From: Proteromonas lacertae
Taxonomy: Eukaryota
NCBI GenBank assembly: GCA_002245135.1
Contig: NGBS01001195.1
Location: forward strand, 1 to 56,572
Length of the DNA stretch: 56,572 nt
Reading direction: 5' to 3'
Under the pieces are notes generated by a model. It was not told the DNA's origin. It was given only the letters and a program-made list of their open reading frames with translations, and searched no databases. Positions within the stretch are counted from its first letter, which is position 1. Each line of letters starts with the position of its first letter. The translations under genes were made by a program, and so were the position numbers. This document shows, piece by piece, positions 26,005 to 40,403 of the stretch.

Positions 26005-28363
26005 ATGAATAAATTCGAAGTAGATGAAATACATCAATGTAAATCTATAACTGAAATTTCAGGTATTCATATTTCTATTCATTCCTGCAGATTACATTGG
26101 AAATGCTTTTGATAGAATCAACCAAAACAAAAATGATCTTTCTACTCGTAACTGGATTAAAGGTGCTGTTACCTATATCAAGTATTAAGCATTTATTCTT
26201 ATTTTTAATAGCACAGTAATATCCAAGAACGAATTCACTCCAGTAGCAAATTGGCAAAATCCATTAGTACCAGTTTTATTTGCATTACGCCAAGCTATAA
26301 CTATCACCAGATATCAAAGTGCATTTGCATTTTATGCTTCAGATCTTAACTCAATTTGTCAAACTATTTTCTCCAAAAACTTAACAGTGCTTAACCCATA
26401 TGTACTTGATTTAATATCTGCATTGTTAATGAATGATGAGATAGAAGCTTCTAAATTATGTCAAGATGAAGCATTAAAGGTATCTCTTCATATATTAGAA
26501 TCATGGGGTGGTGATTTAGTCAATTGTGATCATTACGCATTATTTACAATGTTACAGTTTATACAGTCCGTTAGTCACGTTAATCTCTCCATTCTTTCAC
26601 CTTATACTGCTCAATTCTTCAGTGTGATTATTCCTCTCTTAAAAAGTCATTTCGATGAATCCTATCCTGAAAGAAGTGAAGTTACAGAAGTTAGTTCAAA
26701 ATTACCAGAATTAAAGTCAATTGATACAGATAATGATGAATTTTGGGAGGATTATGATCCTAACAATGAAGAAGATGTAGAAGATACAGAAGATGTTCCA
26801 GATTTCAAATTAGATGACTATGATCAGCAAACTCAATACTTTTACCTTATTTTAATATTAGATTTATGTTATCAATCTAATGTAAGTGATGATTACGTTG
26901 AAGCCTTCCAAGATTATTTAGATTTCAATAGTGACTATACATCACCAAATGATAAGATAAATAAAGATATTCCACCTCAAGAATTATTAAGTGAATATTT
27001 AAACATATTATTAAGAATCATTCAAACCTCTACATCCTGTACTAAACCTATTGATACTGTATTATTAGGATTTGCAGGCGATATAATTGGCAAAGTGAAT
27101 ATTGGATTAGTTAAGAAATATAACGACATTGAATCATCAACCAAAACATTAAAATCATTAATAAATGTATTAATTCAATTAGATCCAAGTAAGAAAGGAT
27201 ATTGTGGAGTTATACTCTCAATATGTCTATCAATATCAATGATAATATTAGAAATACCTGAATCAGCTGATGTTACTATTCGAACTAACATAATCCACTG
27301 TTTAACCTATATAATGGCTGTAATAAGAGATGAGGAAAAGGAAAGAATCTCATTGGGTGACTGTCAAACATTAGCTCATGTGATGACACGTACTATCAGT
27401 TTAACATTAAGAACTGGTAAAGTAGGTGATTCTGCATTTGCAATAGTTCAACAATATTCTATTCCTATATTATCAACTATTAGTTTCTATGCAGATTTAT
27501 TAGTGAATAGCGATAAGAAAGAGGAATTCTTTCAAAAGACTCATGAAAGTGTATTTAAACTAATGGATTCTGATGAAGAAATGGGAGATGAAGCATTGAT
27601 TCAATATTACAACAGTGTAAGACAATATTGCTTAGCAAGTGGTAATCTATTAACTGGAAAAACTGAACATCTATTAGCATCAACTAGAAGTGTATTAGAA
27701 ACGGATTTATATTTCTTTGGATCAGCTTTAGTTCCTTTATGTGGTGCTTTGATGATTGCTCCATTTGTTAAACCTTATAATATATGTAATAAGAGAATTG
27801 GAACTGAAACAATACCACCAGCACCATCTACAGTTACAGCTACAACTACTGAGATTATACCAGAACTACCACCAGCATTCCTTAATAATTTAGCACAATA
27901 CGATGATTTATATAAAGATATATTAAATGATACAATCACAATATTGAAACGTCAACATGATGATAATGATGAAGATGATGAAGAGGAAGATAAAGATTAT
28001 ACAGAAACAGCAGATATTGAAGATGAAGCACTCATTTGGACATTGCAAACCATTGAATTATTAATGGCATGTCCTGAAATCAGACAATTAAAATCATGGC
28101 AAAATTATCAGAAGAAATTGATGGAGTATTTAATGACATGTATTGCTAGTCCAATTGAATATGAAAATGAGACTGAAATAATATGTGAAGAGATATGTTT
28201 ATTACATAATATATATAATAATGGTAATTTATCAAATAGTGAGAAGAGCAAGATTGAAGATTCATTGAGAGATGCATTGAATGCTTCTGATGATGATGAA
28301 GATGAAATTAGAGGAACTTTATTAACAGAAATATTAAATAAAATTGAACATCCATCATCATAA
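26005..28363 (+). CDS. Uncharacterised alpha-helical (ARM/HEAT-like) protein with acidic loops
   Basis: ATG 26005 and two short GT-AG introns lead into the 658-aa ORF. Leu/Ile-rich helices with D/E tracts; family not recognised. Confidence 0.55.
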
Positions 28364-28420
28364 AGAAAGAAATACTATCTATAATTCATACATACATATA
28401 TTGTATTAGTGTTTTTATTG

Positions 28421-30632
28421 TTAATTAAAATCATCAAAATCTAAGTCATCTTTTTCATCTTCCTTCTTAACCATTTCATTTGGTAGTTGTGTTGGAAATT
28501 GTTCTGCTTTAGGTAGTTTGTCGAATTTTTGAGATTTAATTAATATAATATATCGAAGTGTTACTAGATTCTCATTTGGAGCCTATTCAATATTATTGAT
28601 AATTATATACTGGCATTTTAGTACCATTTGTTACTTCTATCACTGAACAACAAGTGTTATATTCTTGACATTTACTTTTAGGCCAACTATACATATTATA
28701 TAAAATTATGAATATACGGTACACCTGGAATGCAATATTGATAAAGCAAAGAAGGAGAATGATAAATACCACTTCCATAAGATGCTCCATTTAGCAAATA
28801 TTTTGTATTACTCATCACTTTTAATCCATTTCGTAGTATTGAATGCCAATCTCCAAATGAACTTCCATGATAAGCCATATAACTTCCTCCATCTCTTTGT
28901 TTATTTCCATCAAATAAAGATTCATTCACAGATTTGTTTATATAGAATACTCGATAATATTCACAATCAATAAAAGATAGTTGATTGGGTTTTACTTGAA
29001 TTATATCATTATCTGATCCTATTACTATCCAAGATAATAGATTGTATAATCCAGGATCTAATTCTTTTAACTTCTTTTGTAATATATTTTCATTAGTCCA
29101 TTCTATCATTTTTTTGACAGATGGAATTCTTTCGATTATTCGATCTAGATTATGTTTATCTTTATATTGAATTATTGCTTTATTATCATATACTTGAACA
29201 TCTATTCATATCATTATATATATATATATATAATAGAATATATAATAGAATATACCATCAGGACTGGCTAATTCAAATGTTCTTCCACTTTTCGCAGATG
29301 CATAAAATAACGATATTAATAAATCAACTACTCCTGGTTTATTCTTTAATGACAATTCTAGAGTATTTCCACTTCTCATCTTTTCGATATATAATGGACA
29401 TTTACTTCCTTCATGCCAAGGTGTATGACAAATTGTACAGAATTCACTTTTACATTTCAAACATCTTACTTTTGGAACATTACTATTATTTTCATACTTT
29501 TCACCACAATTGATACAATCGATTAAATCAATATCATTTAATGAGTCTTTTGATAGTATATTTTCAACTAATTCTTTATTTACTTTATCTTCACTAAATA
29601 CCATCTGAAGATCATATTTATTCAAGAAATAATTGCATGATGGACACTGCATCTAAATAAGGAAATATTAACATTAAATATACTTCAGATATTGGATGCT
29701 TTGAATTAAGCAAATATTCTAAGTATATATTTCTCATGCAATTGTAACAAAATGTATGTTTACATCTCTAATTTACTAAATAAATAATTCGATATACAGT
29801 AAAATATATATTCTTTGAAAATTTCTCTTCATAACAGAAATTACATGTCACTTTATCTAATGGTTCTTTGTGGTATATAAAACACAACTATTTATATAAA
29901 ATAACATAGAAATACATCAAAACTGCTTATAATTCTTTCATTATGATAATTGCTTTCTACATTAATCAAATATTCATCTAACCCATTACCATTACTATTT
30001 GTGCTTTTTTTGTGTTGTTCTTTATCTTGTAAAGATAAAGGTTTTTTAATACTATCTGGAGATGTTTGATGCTGTTTTGATGTTTTTTTTTCTTTCTTTT
30101 CATTTTTTGTTTTTGTCTTATTCTTTTTCTTGTTCTTTACCTCTTCCGCTTCATCATTATCACTACTGTCATCTATATCATTCATACAATCTTTGTCAGA
30201 ATCACTTGATGAATCAATTTCAGAATCACTAGAAGAAGATATATCTTTTCCAGTTTTACATCTTTTACACGACTTTTTACTTCTTTTATTATGATGAGAC
30301 TTTTTTTGTTTAATCTTTTCAGTTTCTAACTTTATCAAACTATTTAAATCTATATAATCTGACAAGTATTTGTATTGAGGAACTGGAGGAGATGTACCAT
30401 CTATACGAACAGTAGTAAATGGATGTTGAGGAGGGATTGAAGGAGGAGGTGGATAAGTATAAACATTGATATTATTTGGTGGCATTTGATTATAACTAGA
30501 ATTAGGAAGAACTGCTGTATTTGAGACTTGATTTGTTGAATACTGATAGTTAAGTCTATAACCAGTAGGATTCTGAGTTGCAGTCATATAGCAATTTGGT
30601 TGTTGAAAATATTGAGTGTTTTGGTTATACAT
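28421..30632 (-). CDS. RING-IBR + PARP (PARP6/8/16-like ADP-ribosyltransferase) fusion, copy A
   Basis: P/Q-rich N-terminus; spliced RING (C..C, CKHTFCYNC, CPSC); IBR (CINC..CLKC..FCTICHTPWH..C); LLISLFYASAKS; YHGSSFGDWHSILRNGL and YGSGIY. Confidence 0.85.
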
Positions 30633-32141
30633 TTAAATGATTTTGAGTGATACAGAAATTATTAACAAAAGAATTGTATTTACATATAAATTATGGAAAA
30701 ATCAAAAATATACAAATTAGTATTATTAACAGAGGAATATGTTTACAGTATTATATATTAATATCAGATATAACACTCTATATATATGAGAGTTAATCTA
30801 TCTATAAAATCAATCTTTACAAAAATATATTATATATACATATTATATTATAATTCACATTTAATTTAGTTCTATATATATTCAAAATCATCAAAATATA
30901 AATCATCTTCTTTTTCTTTAAATACTTCCTTTTTCTTCTCATGAGGTAAATTAAATGGGAATTGATTAGCTGGAGGTAAATTGAAGTTATTATTATTATT
31001 TGCAATATTCAACCTTCTATTCACTGGTTTATAATTCCTAGCAGGAATAACAGGAGCAGGATAAGCAAAAGGATTTAACATATTATTCATCATGTTGTTC
31101 ATATTATTATTTGACTTCATTAATATAATATATCGAAGTGTTACTAGATTCTCATTTGGAGCCTATTCAATATTATTGATAATTATATATACTGGCATTT
31201 TAGTACCATTTGTTACTTCTATCACTGAACAACAAGTGTTATATTCTTGACATTTACTTTTAGGCCAACTATACATATTATATAAAATTATGAATATACG
31301 GTACACCTGGAATGCAATATTGATAAAGCAAAGATGGAGAATGATAAATACCACTTCCATAAGATGCTCCATTTAGCAAATATTTTGTATTACTCATCAC
31401 TTTTAATCCATTTCGTAGTATTGAATGCCAATCTCCAAATGAACTTCCATGATAAGCCATATAACTTCCTCCATCTCTTTGTTTATTTCCATCAAATAAA
31501 GATTCATTCACAGATTTGTTTATATAGAATACTCGATAATATTCACAATCAATAAAAGATAGTTGATTGGGTTTTACTTGAATTATATCATTATCTGATC
31601 CTATTACTATCCAAGATAATAGATTGTATAATCCAGGATCTAATTCTTTTAACTTCTTTTGTAATATATTTTCATTAGTCCATTCTATCATTTTTTTGAC
31701 AGATGGAATTCTTTCGATTATTCGATCTAGATTATGTTTATCTTTATATTGAATTATTGCTTTATTATCATATACTTGAACATCTATTCATATCATTATA
31801 TATATATATATATATATAATAGAATATATAATAGAATATACCATCAGGACTGGCTAATTCAAATGTTCTTCCACTTTTCGCAGATGCATAAAATAACGAT
31901 ATTAATAAATCAACTACTCCTGGTTTATTCTTTAATGACAATTCTAGAGTGTTTCCACTTCTCATCTTTTCGATATATAATGGACATTTACTTCCTTCAT
32001 GCCAAGGTGTATGACAAATTGTACAGAATTCACTTTTACATTTCAAACATCTTACTTTTGGAACATTACTATTATTTTCATACTTTTCACCACAATTGAT
32101 ACAATCGATTAAATCAATATCATTTAATGAGTCTTTTGATA
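28539..32141. repeat. Near-identical direct repeat of about 1.02 kb (28539-29555 matches 31119-32141) within the two PARP paralogs
   Basis: By eye only about 2 SNPs and intronic TA-repeat length differences; flanks are clearly diverged. Confidence 0.93.
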
Positions 32142-33257
32142 ACAAGTCATAAATTGAATCTAAACTCTCTCTATCATCAATAAACACCATTTGAATATCA
32201 AACATACTCAAATTCTTAATGCAAAAAGGACATTTCATCTAAATAAACAATATAATAATTATAAAAACAATACTTCTATATTGGGATGCTTTGTATTTCT
32301 AATGTAATCAAAATACATTTCTTTCATACAACTGTAACAAAATGTATGTTTACATCTCTATTTATATTAATAAAAATGTTATTATATACTGTTATATAAG
32401 TATCAATTGCATTTTTATAAATACCACATTTACAACATCTTATTGTGTCTTTCGGTTCATGATGAAATAAAAGACACAACTATTTATATAAAATAACATT
32501 AAAAAGCTTATACATCATAGTGACTGATTGGAATATGATTTTCATAATTACTTTTTATTGTTATTATATATTGATTTAATTCATCATTGTTATTGCTATT
32601 ACTATTATTGTCACTATTATTACTATTGGGTTTTATATTCTCATATTTTGGTGATAGAGGTGGTGATTCTTGACGTTTTAATATTACAGCTTGTGGTTTT
32701 TCTATTTTCGTTTTCTTTTCATTTATTTTTCTTTCTTCCACAACTTCAACTTCATCATCACTACTACTGTCATCTATATCAATTATTATATTATTCTTTA
32801 CATCATCCTCTGACTCGCTGTCTGAGTCATTAGAAAAATCACTTGATGAACTATTAGATGAATATGAATCTTTTCTATTTCTATTTCTTTTAGTTGTTTT
32901 TTTGTTATTTCTCTTGTGATTTGATCTTTTTCTCTTGGTATTATGTTTTACTGAATCACCTAAACGTTTTAAGTCAATAAAATCAGATAGATGTATATAT
33001 TGAGGAACAAGAAGATTTTTACTATCAATTGTTATTATAGTAAACTTCTTTTGGGAAATGACGTTGGGAAGGCTGGGACAAGTATTTGCGATGTGATTAT
33101 TTGGTAAATTTGGGTAGTTATATAAATTTGGATGTATTGAAGTATAAGAACTTTGTATTACAGGATTTTGATAATTTACTGAACAACCAATTTGATTTTG
33201 AGGAGCAGTCATACTGATATTTGTGTGTTGATAATTTGGAGTGTTTTGATTATACAT
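30872..33257 (-). CDS. RING-IBR + PARP fusion, copy B (tandem paralog)
   Basis: Same exon structure, MYNQNT start, near-identical IBR-PARP core; diverged N-terminus, RING and C-terminal tail. Confidence 0.85.
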
Positions 33258-33447
33258 ATAAATAATACAGAGAAAAATAACTTGAATTACAGAAAATGTC
33301 AATATTTACAGTAATATGTGTAAAGCATGAAAAACAGATTTTACACTTTAATAAAATACACATACACAAACATATTAAGTCAATACTAATTATATTACAA
33401 TATATGATATGAAAAAATCACTAATATTCTTCGCATTTATCTAAAAC

Positions 33448-34002
33448 CTAAACTTCAGGAGCAACTGAGCTTTTCTTCCTACAAGAAATCTATAATTCAG
33501 TCAAAAATTAATCATACACCGTTTTCACTGTGATTTACATATTCTTCATCAGATTTATCCTCAATATTTTCTATCTGATCTATATTGTGGTTATTATCAC
33601 CTAAATTTACCTGGTTAGCAGAATTCCCATTTTGATTTATATTTTCATTTGGATCATTTTGATTATCTAGGCTGTTATTACTACCATTCTGTAAAATATC
33701 TTCATCATTTCTACATCTGTTCCAACATCTTTCAAATAGGTTGATATGGCTTTTATATTCATAGTAAGCCCAAAATATTATTAATCCAAGTAATATGAAA
33801 GGTAGTAATATCAAAAATACTACCAACTAATAATAATAATAATAAATAAATAGATAGATATATACAGCCATATATGAAGTATAAGAGTAGGGACTACAAA
33901 TATCACTTCCTTTATAACATAAATCTACTGCATCTACAGATATAAAAATTTATATATACTAATCTCAACTATATAAACAGACAATAACAAGATATTCAAC
34001 AT
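33448..34002 (-). CDS. Small single-pass membrane protein
   Basis: Signal-like MLNILLLSVYIV, short Cys ectodomain, TM LVVFLILLPFILLGLIIFW, N/Q/D-rich tail; three GT-AG introns. Confidence 0.6.
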
Positions 34003-34059
34003 AAAAAAACACCAAAAACTTGATTATTCAAACCTTTGTTTATTAAATTTCATTAATTC

Positions 34060-34750
34060 ATGCCAGGTAAAGAGGAAGTTACCAATTGTTGTGTTTGTAA
34101 CGATGGCACATGGGAAGATGGAGTATATGCAATTATTTAAGTAATAGAACCCAATAGTTTTTTGTGATGGATGTGATATGGGTGCTCATCGAAGATGCTA
34201 TGGTGCTCCTTTAAGTATTTATATTATATTATTATGATTAGTACATGAAATTCCTGAAGGTGAATGGTTTTGCGAACAGTGCAAAAATAAAGCAAGAGAT
34301 GCTGTATATTCAGTAATAATATAGAAATAGACTTGTGTGTTATGTAATAAAACAGGAGGTGCTATGAAAAGAACAACAGATGCACAATGGTGTCATATTT
34401 GTTGTGCACTCTGGATTCCTGAAGTTTTTTTTGTTGATAGTGAAGCATTAGAATCAATAGATTATTATCAAGTACCAAAAGAAAGAAGAAACCATGTATA
34501 TTGTACATTTTTATTATTCAAATAGGTTTGTGAGTATTGTAAAGAATCTGGGACATGTATTGGATGTAGTGAAGATAGATGTTCAATAAAATTTCATGTG
34601 CCTTGTGGTATAGAAAGAAATGTCCTTCTGGAATATAAACCAGTTCATAATGGTAAAGATATAATTGTTACATATTGTGCAAAACATAGTGTAGAAGCTA
34701 GGAAGAAAGTAGGATGGAAAATGAGATTTATGCCAAAAGAAGATGCTTAG
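34060..34750 (+). CDS. Stand-alone PZP (PHD-Zn knuckle-PHD) protein, AF10/BRPF/JADE-like
   Basis: Spliced CCVCND..NPIVFCDGCDMGAHRRCYG..IPEGEWFCEQC..CVLCNKTGGAMKRT..WCHICCALWIPEV..CEYC..GTCIGC..C..KFHVPCG..YCAKH. Confidence 0.9.
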
Positions 34751-34839
34751 TTTAATAATTGTAATAATAATAGATTTATTTAATTTATTCATCTATATTG
34801 TAATACTAAAGAAGATATTAAAACATAAGCTAAAAGGAA

Positions 34840-36758
34840 TTAATAATTATTAATTAAGTCATTTATAGGTAATTCATTATCATCTATACAAATAATATAT
34901 TATAAAAAAACAATTATACATGAGGGTTGTAATGAAGTTCTTCTTCTATTGTTATTATTATTTTTCAATGAGGATCTTCTTGTATTATAACTAGAAACTA
35001 GCGGAGAAGGTGGACGAATATCATTATTATTGTTACTCTCTGCATAATTTCTTCCTCCACTTAATGATCTGTTGATTATATCGTGATAAGTTCCTGGACT
35101 TGTATCATTATTTGCATTAATCCTATTCTATATTTTATAACAAATTATATTATTAATATACAATTATTGGAGTTGTTCTATCAATTGATCTTCTATCTCT
35201 TTCATAAACTTCTTTTGTTCTTTTCAATGTTTCAATATGAGACTGTAATTGTACAATCTAAAACATAAATATTTAAACTATAAATAACATACATGTGCTT
35301 CTAAATGAGCTACTTTTGTTTGGTATAAAACTATATCACTATTCTTATCTTTCATTTCATTTTCCATTTTCTCATTCTTATTTCTTAAATCTAATACTTC
35401 AGTTTGCTGTTTTTGAATATTCTCTTGTTGCTGTTTCACTATATCACTTAATTCATCGACTTTCTTTTCCAATGTTTCTTGTGAATCTTTTTTAAGATTT
35501 TGTTCTTTATATTCATCTAATTCACTCTATGAAATAATTACAGAAATATTAATATATATATATACTGTTAATGTTGCATTAGCTTCTAATATATAATGGT
35601 ATTGATCGTTGAGATTATTATAATCACTATTGATATTATTATATTGTTGTTGTAATTGTGTTAGCTGTAACTTCAAATCATTATATAATCTGTCCTTTTC
35701 ATCTAATTTAGTCTGCAATTCTATTGTTTGGTTTTGTATTTCAGTAAACTCTTGTTGATTTACTTGCATTTCATTCATTCTTTCTGCCATTGTCTCTATT
35801 TCTTGTTTCATCTATTATTATAATTAATAATAATAATAATAATAGTAATAAATACATTATCATCTGATAATTGATATTGTTGAATTGTATCAATCAACTG
35901 TTTATTATATTTCTGTATTTCTTGATTCTCTGATTGTAATACATTATATCTATGACTCATATCTTCAACTGCATTTCTTGCAGCTTCTAATTCATTACTT
36001 AAGTCTTCTCTTTCATTTGTATGTGTATCAATATAACTCTGTAATGATCTGATTTCTTCATTTTTATCATTTAAAAGTAATTCCAATTTTGATGAATGAT
36101 CTTTTTCCATATTATATTGTTTTGTCATTTGGTCTAATTGTTCACTTAACGTTATTGCGATTTGTTTTTGTTGTCCTTCTTCTAATATTATCCTCAATGA
36201 ATTGGGATCATCACTGGGAAGATTGAATTCATCTGCTTTCAATTCTACAGCTTGTAATAAAACATCTTTTTCTTGAGACATTTGATTTAATTGTTGCTGT
36301 AAATCTAATATTTGTATTTTGTAATTATCACAGGTTTCTGTGAGTTTTTTTATTTGTGATTGGTAGGAATCTATTTCTTCTTTTCTTTTTCTTCTTTCAT
36401 TATCTGAATATTGTTTTTTTAAATCAGAATCTACACTGATCTTTTCTAATTTTCTATTCTGAGTTTGAAGTCTTTCAAGCTATTATTATTACAAACATTT
36501 ATTTTATAAAAAAATACTTTCTGAGTATATAATGCTATCCTTGAGTCTTTTTCTTGATTATCTGCTAATATTGTTTTATATTTCTTCCTTAGTGAGTCAT
36601 TCTGCGTAATGAGATAAAGAATACAATACCTGTCTCTCTAGTTCTTCATTTTTGTTGAATAACATCGTAGCTTTATTCTTCCATTCATCTTTTTCTTTTT
36701 TTATACTTGCATTATAGCTCTGTAACTCTGATAATGTCCTGATTGGTATATTATTCAT
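34840..36758 (-). CDS. Long coiled-coil protein
   Basis: Q/E/L heptad-rich exons joined by about 7 GT-AG introns. Confidence 0.65.
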
Positions 36759-36931
36759 CAAACAAAAAAATATAGCAGTTAATAAATTGAAAAAATGACC
36801 AAAATTGACATGTAAATTACATTTTATGTGTCACTTTTAATTTTCTCATTATATAATATATTTAATGAATTAAAAACGTTATAAAACACAATATATTGAT
36901 ACAATAAATAAATACATTAACATTTAATTAA

Positions 36932-38053
36932 TCAATAATACTCATCCAAGTGAGATTGAAATGCATCAACTTGTTGCATAAAAGGTTCAACAGATCCATC
37001 ATTATATTGTGTTCCTAACATTCTAAGCTTACTCCTATATTGGTTCAATTTACTACAATAAACACAATTCTTTTCTTTAATCGAATCTCTTTCATTTTTA
37101 ATCTTTTCATTAGATTCTTGTAATCTTTGTATTTCTAATAGACTACTCTGTACAATCTAATAATATATTACTAACAAATATACTTTCTCCATCTTATTTA
37201 TATCATTATCAGAATTAGTCTTATATCTAGTAATCTGTTTTTCATAATTCTCTCTTTCCCTTACTAAATTTACTTCCAATATTTTATTCTGTCTTTCTAA
37301 CATATTTCTACTTACAGTATTCCTATATTGACTTAACTCATCTTGTAGTTTTTGAATTTTTTCATTCATTTTAGCAATTTGACCTTCTCTCTTATTTAGT
37401 AAAGCTAAATGCTTTGTATCTTGAATTTCTATTTCTCGTCTTTTATTTCTCATTAATTCAAGTTCTTTGGTTAATTCTTCTTTTTCATCTGGCCATTTTT
37501 GCTCTAATATTGATAATTTGTCTAATTTTCTACCATCTTGTTTGGCTATATTGTATAGTAATTTGTTATCATTTCTTAAACTATCTATTTCCTTTTGCTT
37601 CTCCATTAGAGTCACTTCCAAATTGTTCAATCTCAAAATTTCATTTCTATCTTCCAGTTTTGCTTTTAGATTTTTATTTTCTAATTTGCACTGCTGATAT
37701 CTATCCATTAGATTATCATATTCCTTCTGTTGGTGTTGAGATTTTGTTCTACATTGATCTAACTCCATTCTTAATTTCATTTCAGTCTGTTTTTTAACTT
37801 GTAATTCTCGACTAAAAAGAATTATAATATCAATACCCTTCACCTCTTATTTCTAATTTCAAAGATTCGTCTATTATTCTTGAAAACTCCTTCAATTGAT
37901 ATCTTAGTAGCTCATTAGCTAGTTTATATTTTTGTAGGATATTACCAAGATCATCTTTAGATAAATCTTTGTACTATCCAGAAATAATACTCACTATATA
38001 AATACAGCCTCATCATTATCAGATGTACTTCCTCCAGATTCTTCTTTACTCAT
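36932..38053 (-). CDS. Coiled-coil protein
   Basis: MSKEESGG start, heptad-rich exons, short GT-AG introns. Confidence 0.65.
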
Positions 38054-38426
38054 TCAATCAAGAAATAAACAAAAAAAACAAAAAATAACAGTTTTTTGTG
38101 AGAAAAATCTATTCATTCATTTGTGTTATAAGGATAGTAAAGTATATGTTAAAATTATTAACCATTTTACATACATTTTTAGAGATAAAATAAACGAAAA
38201 TCAAAATTAAAATGACAAAATTAAGTCTTCTATCTCATCTTTGTATTGATTATACTAAATATAAATCAAAATTTCTTTTATTCTCTTCTTCATCTTCGGA
38301 TATATCCTAAAATGAAGATTAGAATAATAGAATAAATGTCAAACCAAAAGCTTGTCATACTTTTATATTCATCTTCTATTTAATTAAGCCTCAACTTTAT
38401 TTCAGTTACACTTTATTTCTTCTAAA

Positions 38427-39695
38427 ATGAGTTTCATTCTTCTATCTTCATTTAGTATGCTTGATTCATTTATATTTTAATATAGTCATTCTTTGCGTAT
38501 CTTCTGGGTTCTGTTTAGAACCTATTCCAGCAAATAAAGGGTTAATTCCAACACCTGATAATTACTACATGAGCTAGTGAACGAAGGTATGGAATGTTAA
38601 CAGATGGTCAGTTAGTTGAAGTGTTATTTGTTGATCCTGGAGATTTGGAAAGACCATTCTCTGCAAGATTATCAATGAAATATAACATAACAAGAACTGA
38701 TAATCCAACTGATAGAATGTCCCTTGTTGTAGTAAATAGCATAGATCCTGAATCATACTTAGAACTCAATAAAGACCAAATTTCTTATATGAACGGAGAT
38801 GCTTGGAAATGTAACTTGCCAGAAGATAAATTGATTTACAACTATTCGTATTTTATTTATAATTGTTGTTGTTATTATTTATAGTGATGTTTCTTCATTG
38901 TGTGACTATATTAAATCAAGAGCAAAGATGTATCCAGTTAATCAAAGAATAGAATTTCAATATAACCCTGAAACTGGTATTGTAAGAAGCAATATGAACG
39001 GAATAAATCATATTGTAGTAGATACAGATGAAGCTGATGAAATGATTGATAAATATTTCAAACCATCTATTCATAACATTGGAGATGAATATATTAAAGG
39101 TCAAATGAACATCACATATAAGAATTTAAAGGGAATGGTAAGAACATTATATCTTACAAATGAAAGATTATACCATTTTTATGAATTATACAATTCTAAC
39201 AATGAATTGATCATGAGAGGATATGCCAGATATTATATTACTAGAAGTAGTGATGATAGATTCACATATGTAAAAATAGATTCAGCAAGTAGCAAGTATT
39301 CAATGTTTGAATTTCCAAAAGGTGGAAATGAAGAAATATTAACTGCAGCTGGATGTACTAGTGTTGAAAAAGGTAAAAATTACACTGTTGAAGAATTAGC
39401 TGGTCCTTGTGCTCAAGTAAAAACATTAGTATTAGGTCAAGATGGATTTAAATACAATACCATGTTTGGAAGTTTAGATTCAGCTGCTAAGGTAGATATA
39501 TTTGAAGGTCTTGATGTATTTCAAACTAATGGTGTTATAATCAAAGGAACATCAGGTAGTGATACTGCTGGTGTACAAGCTTTAGTTAATGAAATTAAAT
39601 CTTTCGATTTCAATTTTGAAATGAATGAAACAGATGCTGGTGTTTCTGTAATACCATTCTTCTTATTAGTAGTTATGGCTATTGTAATGATGTAA
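38427..39695 (+). CDS. Secreted, probably GPI-anchored or C-terminally anchored protein of unknown family (apparent frameshift near 38571)
   Basis: Spliced signal peptide MSFILLSSFIILCVSSGFC; C-terminal DAG followed by hydrophobic VSVIPFFLLVVMAIVMM. Confidence 0.6.
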
Positions 39696-40403
39696 ACTAC
39701 TATATTGATAGAATTATTCTGTTGTTGGGATGACTATATCTTTATATATTTCAATTGTTAAGCTAATATATTATTCATAATTAAAACAGCTTTTTTTCAA
39801 ATTTCATTTTCTTCATAATTACATCGTCAAAAATAAATTCATCACTAAAATCGTTGTGAATATCCTTTCATTTTTAACTGTGAGATGAACTACTTAGCTA
39901 TATACCAAATAGTTTAAAAAGAAATATAATATTTAAAACATCCTCTGTGAAAGATACGTATATGAGTTTGAAGTATATGTTTACAGATTAAATAATACAA
40001 AATTAACATCATTTGTTACTTCAATCACTTGATTTATAAGTTATTACCAAAATATTTGCAACTTAAAATTATAAATTAAAAACTGACTAACTAATCACCA
40101 TTATAGATGAAGAATAATGTAATTCTTTATAAATAGGTATAAATCAACTATTTAGCTTTTACATTAAGTATCCACTCCTATTATTTCATCATCATTTAAT
40201 TTATTTGAATAATTAATTTATATGAAGTTAATATGAATATATATTAGTTGTGATAAGAATAAAGAGATAATTACATAAATGAAGTAATTACCATGTAATT
40301 TGTGTAAATGATATTTAATGATATGTAGAAGATGTTTTATGGAAAATAAACTCAACACATCATCGAAAGAATTAATGAATATAATTAGTAATAATAAGTA
40401 TAA

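Noticed and set aside
26827..26861. Intron-like AT-rich stretch (YFYLILILD) in the ARM-like ORF
   Set aside because: No GT donor, and the GC-AG option shifts frame into a stop; left as coding.
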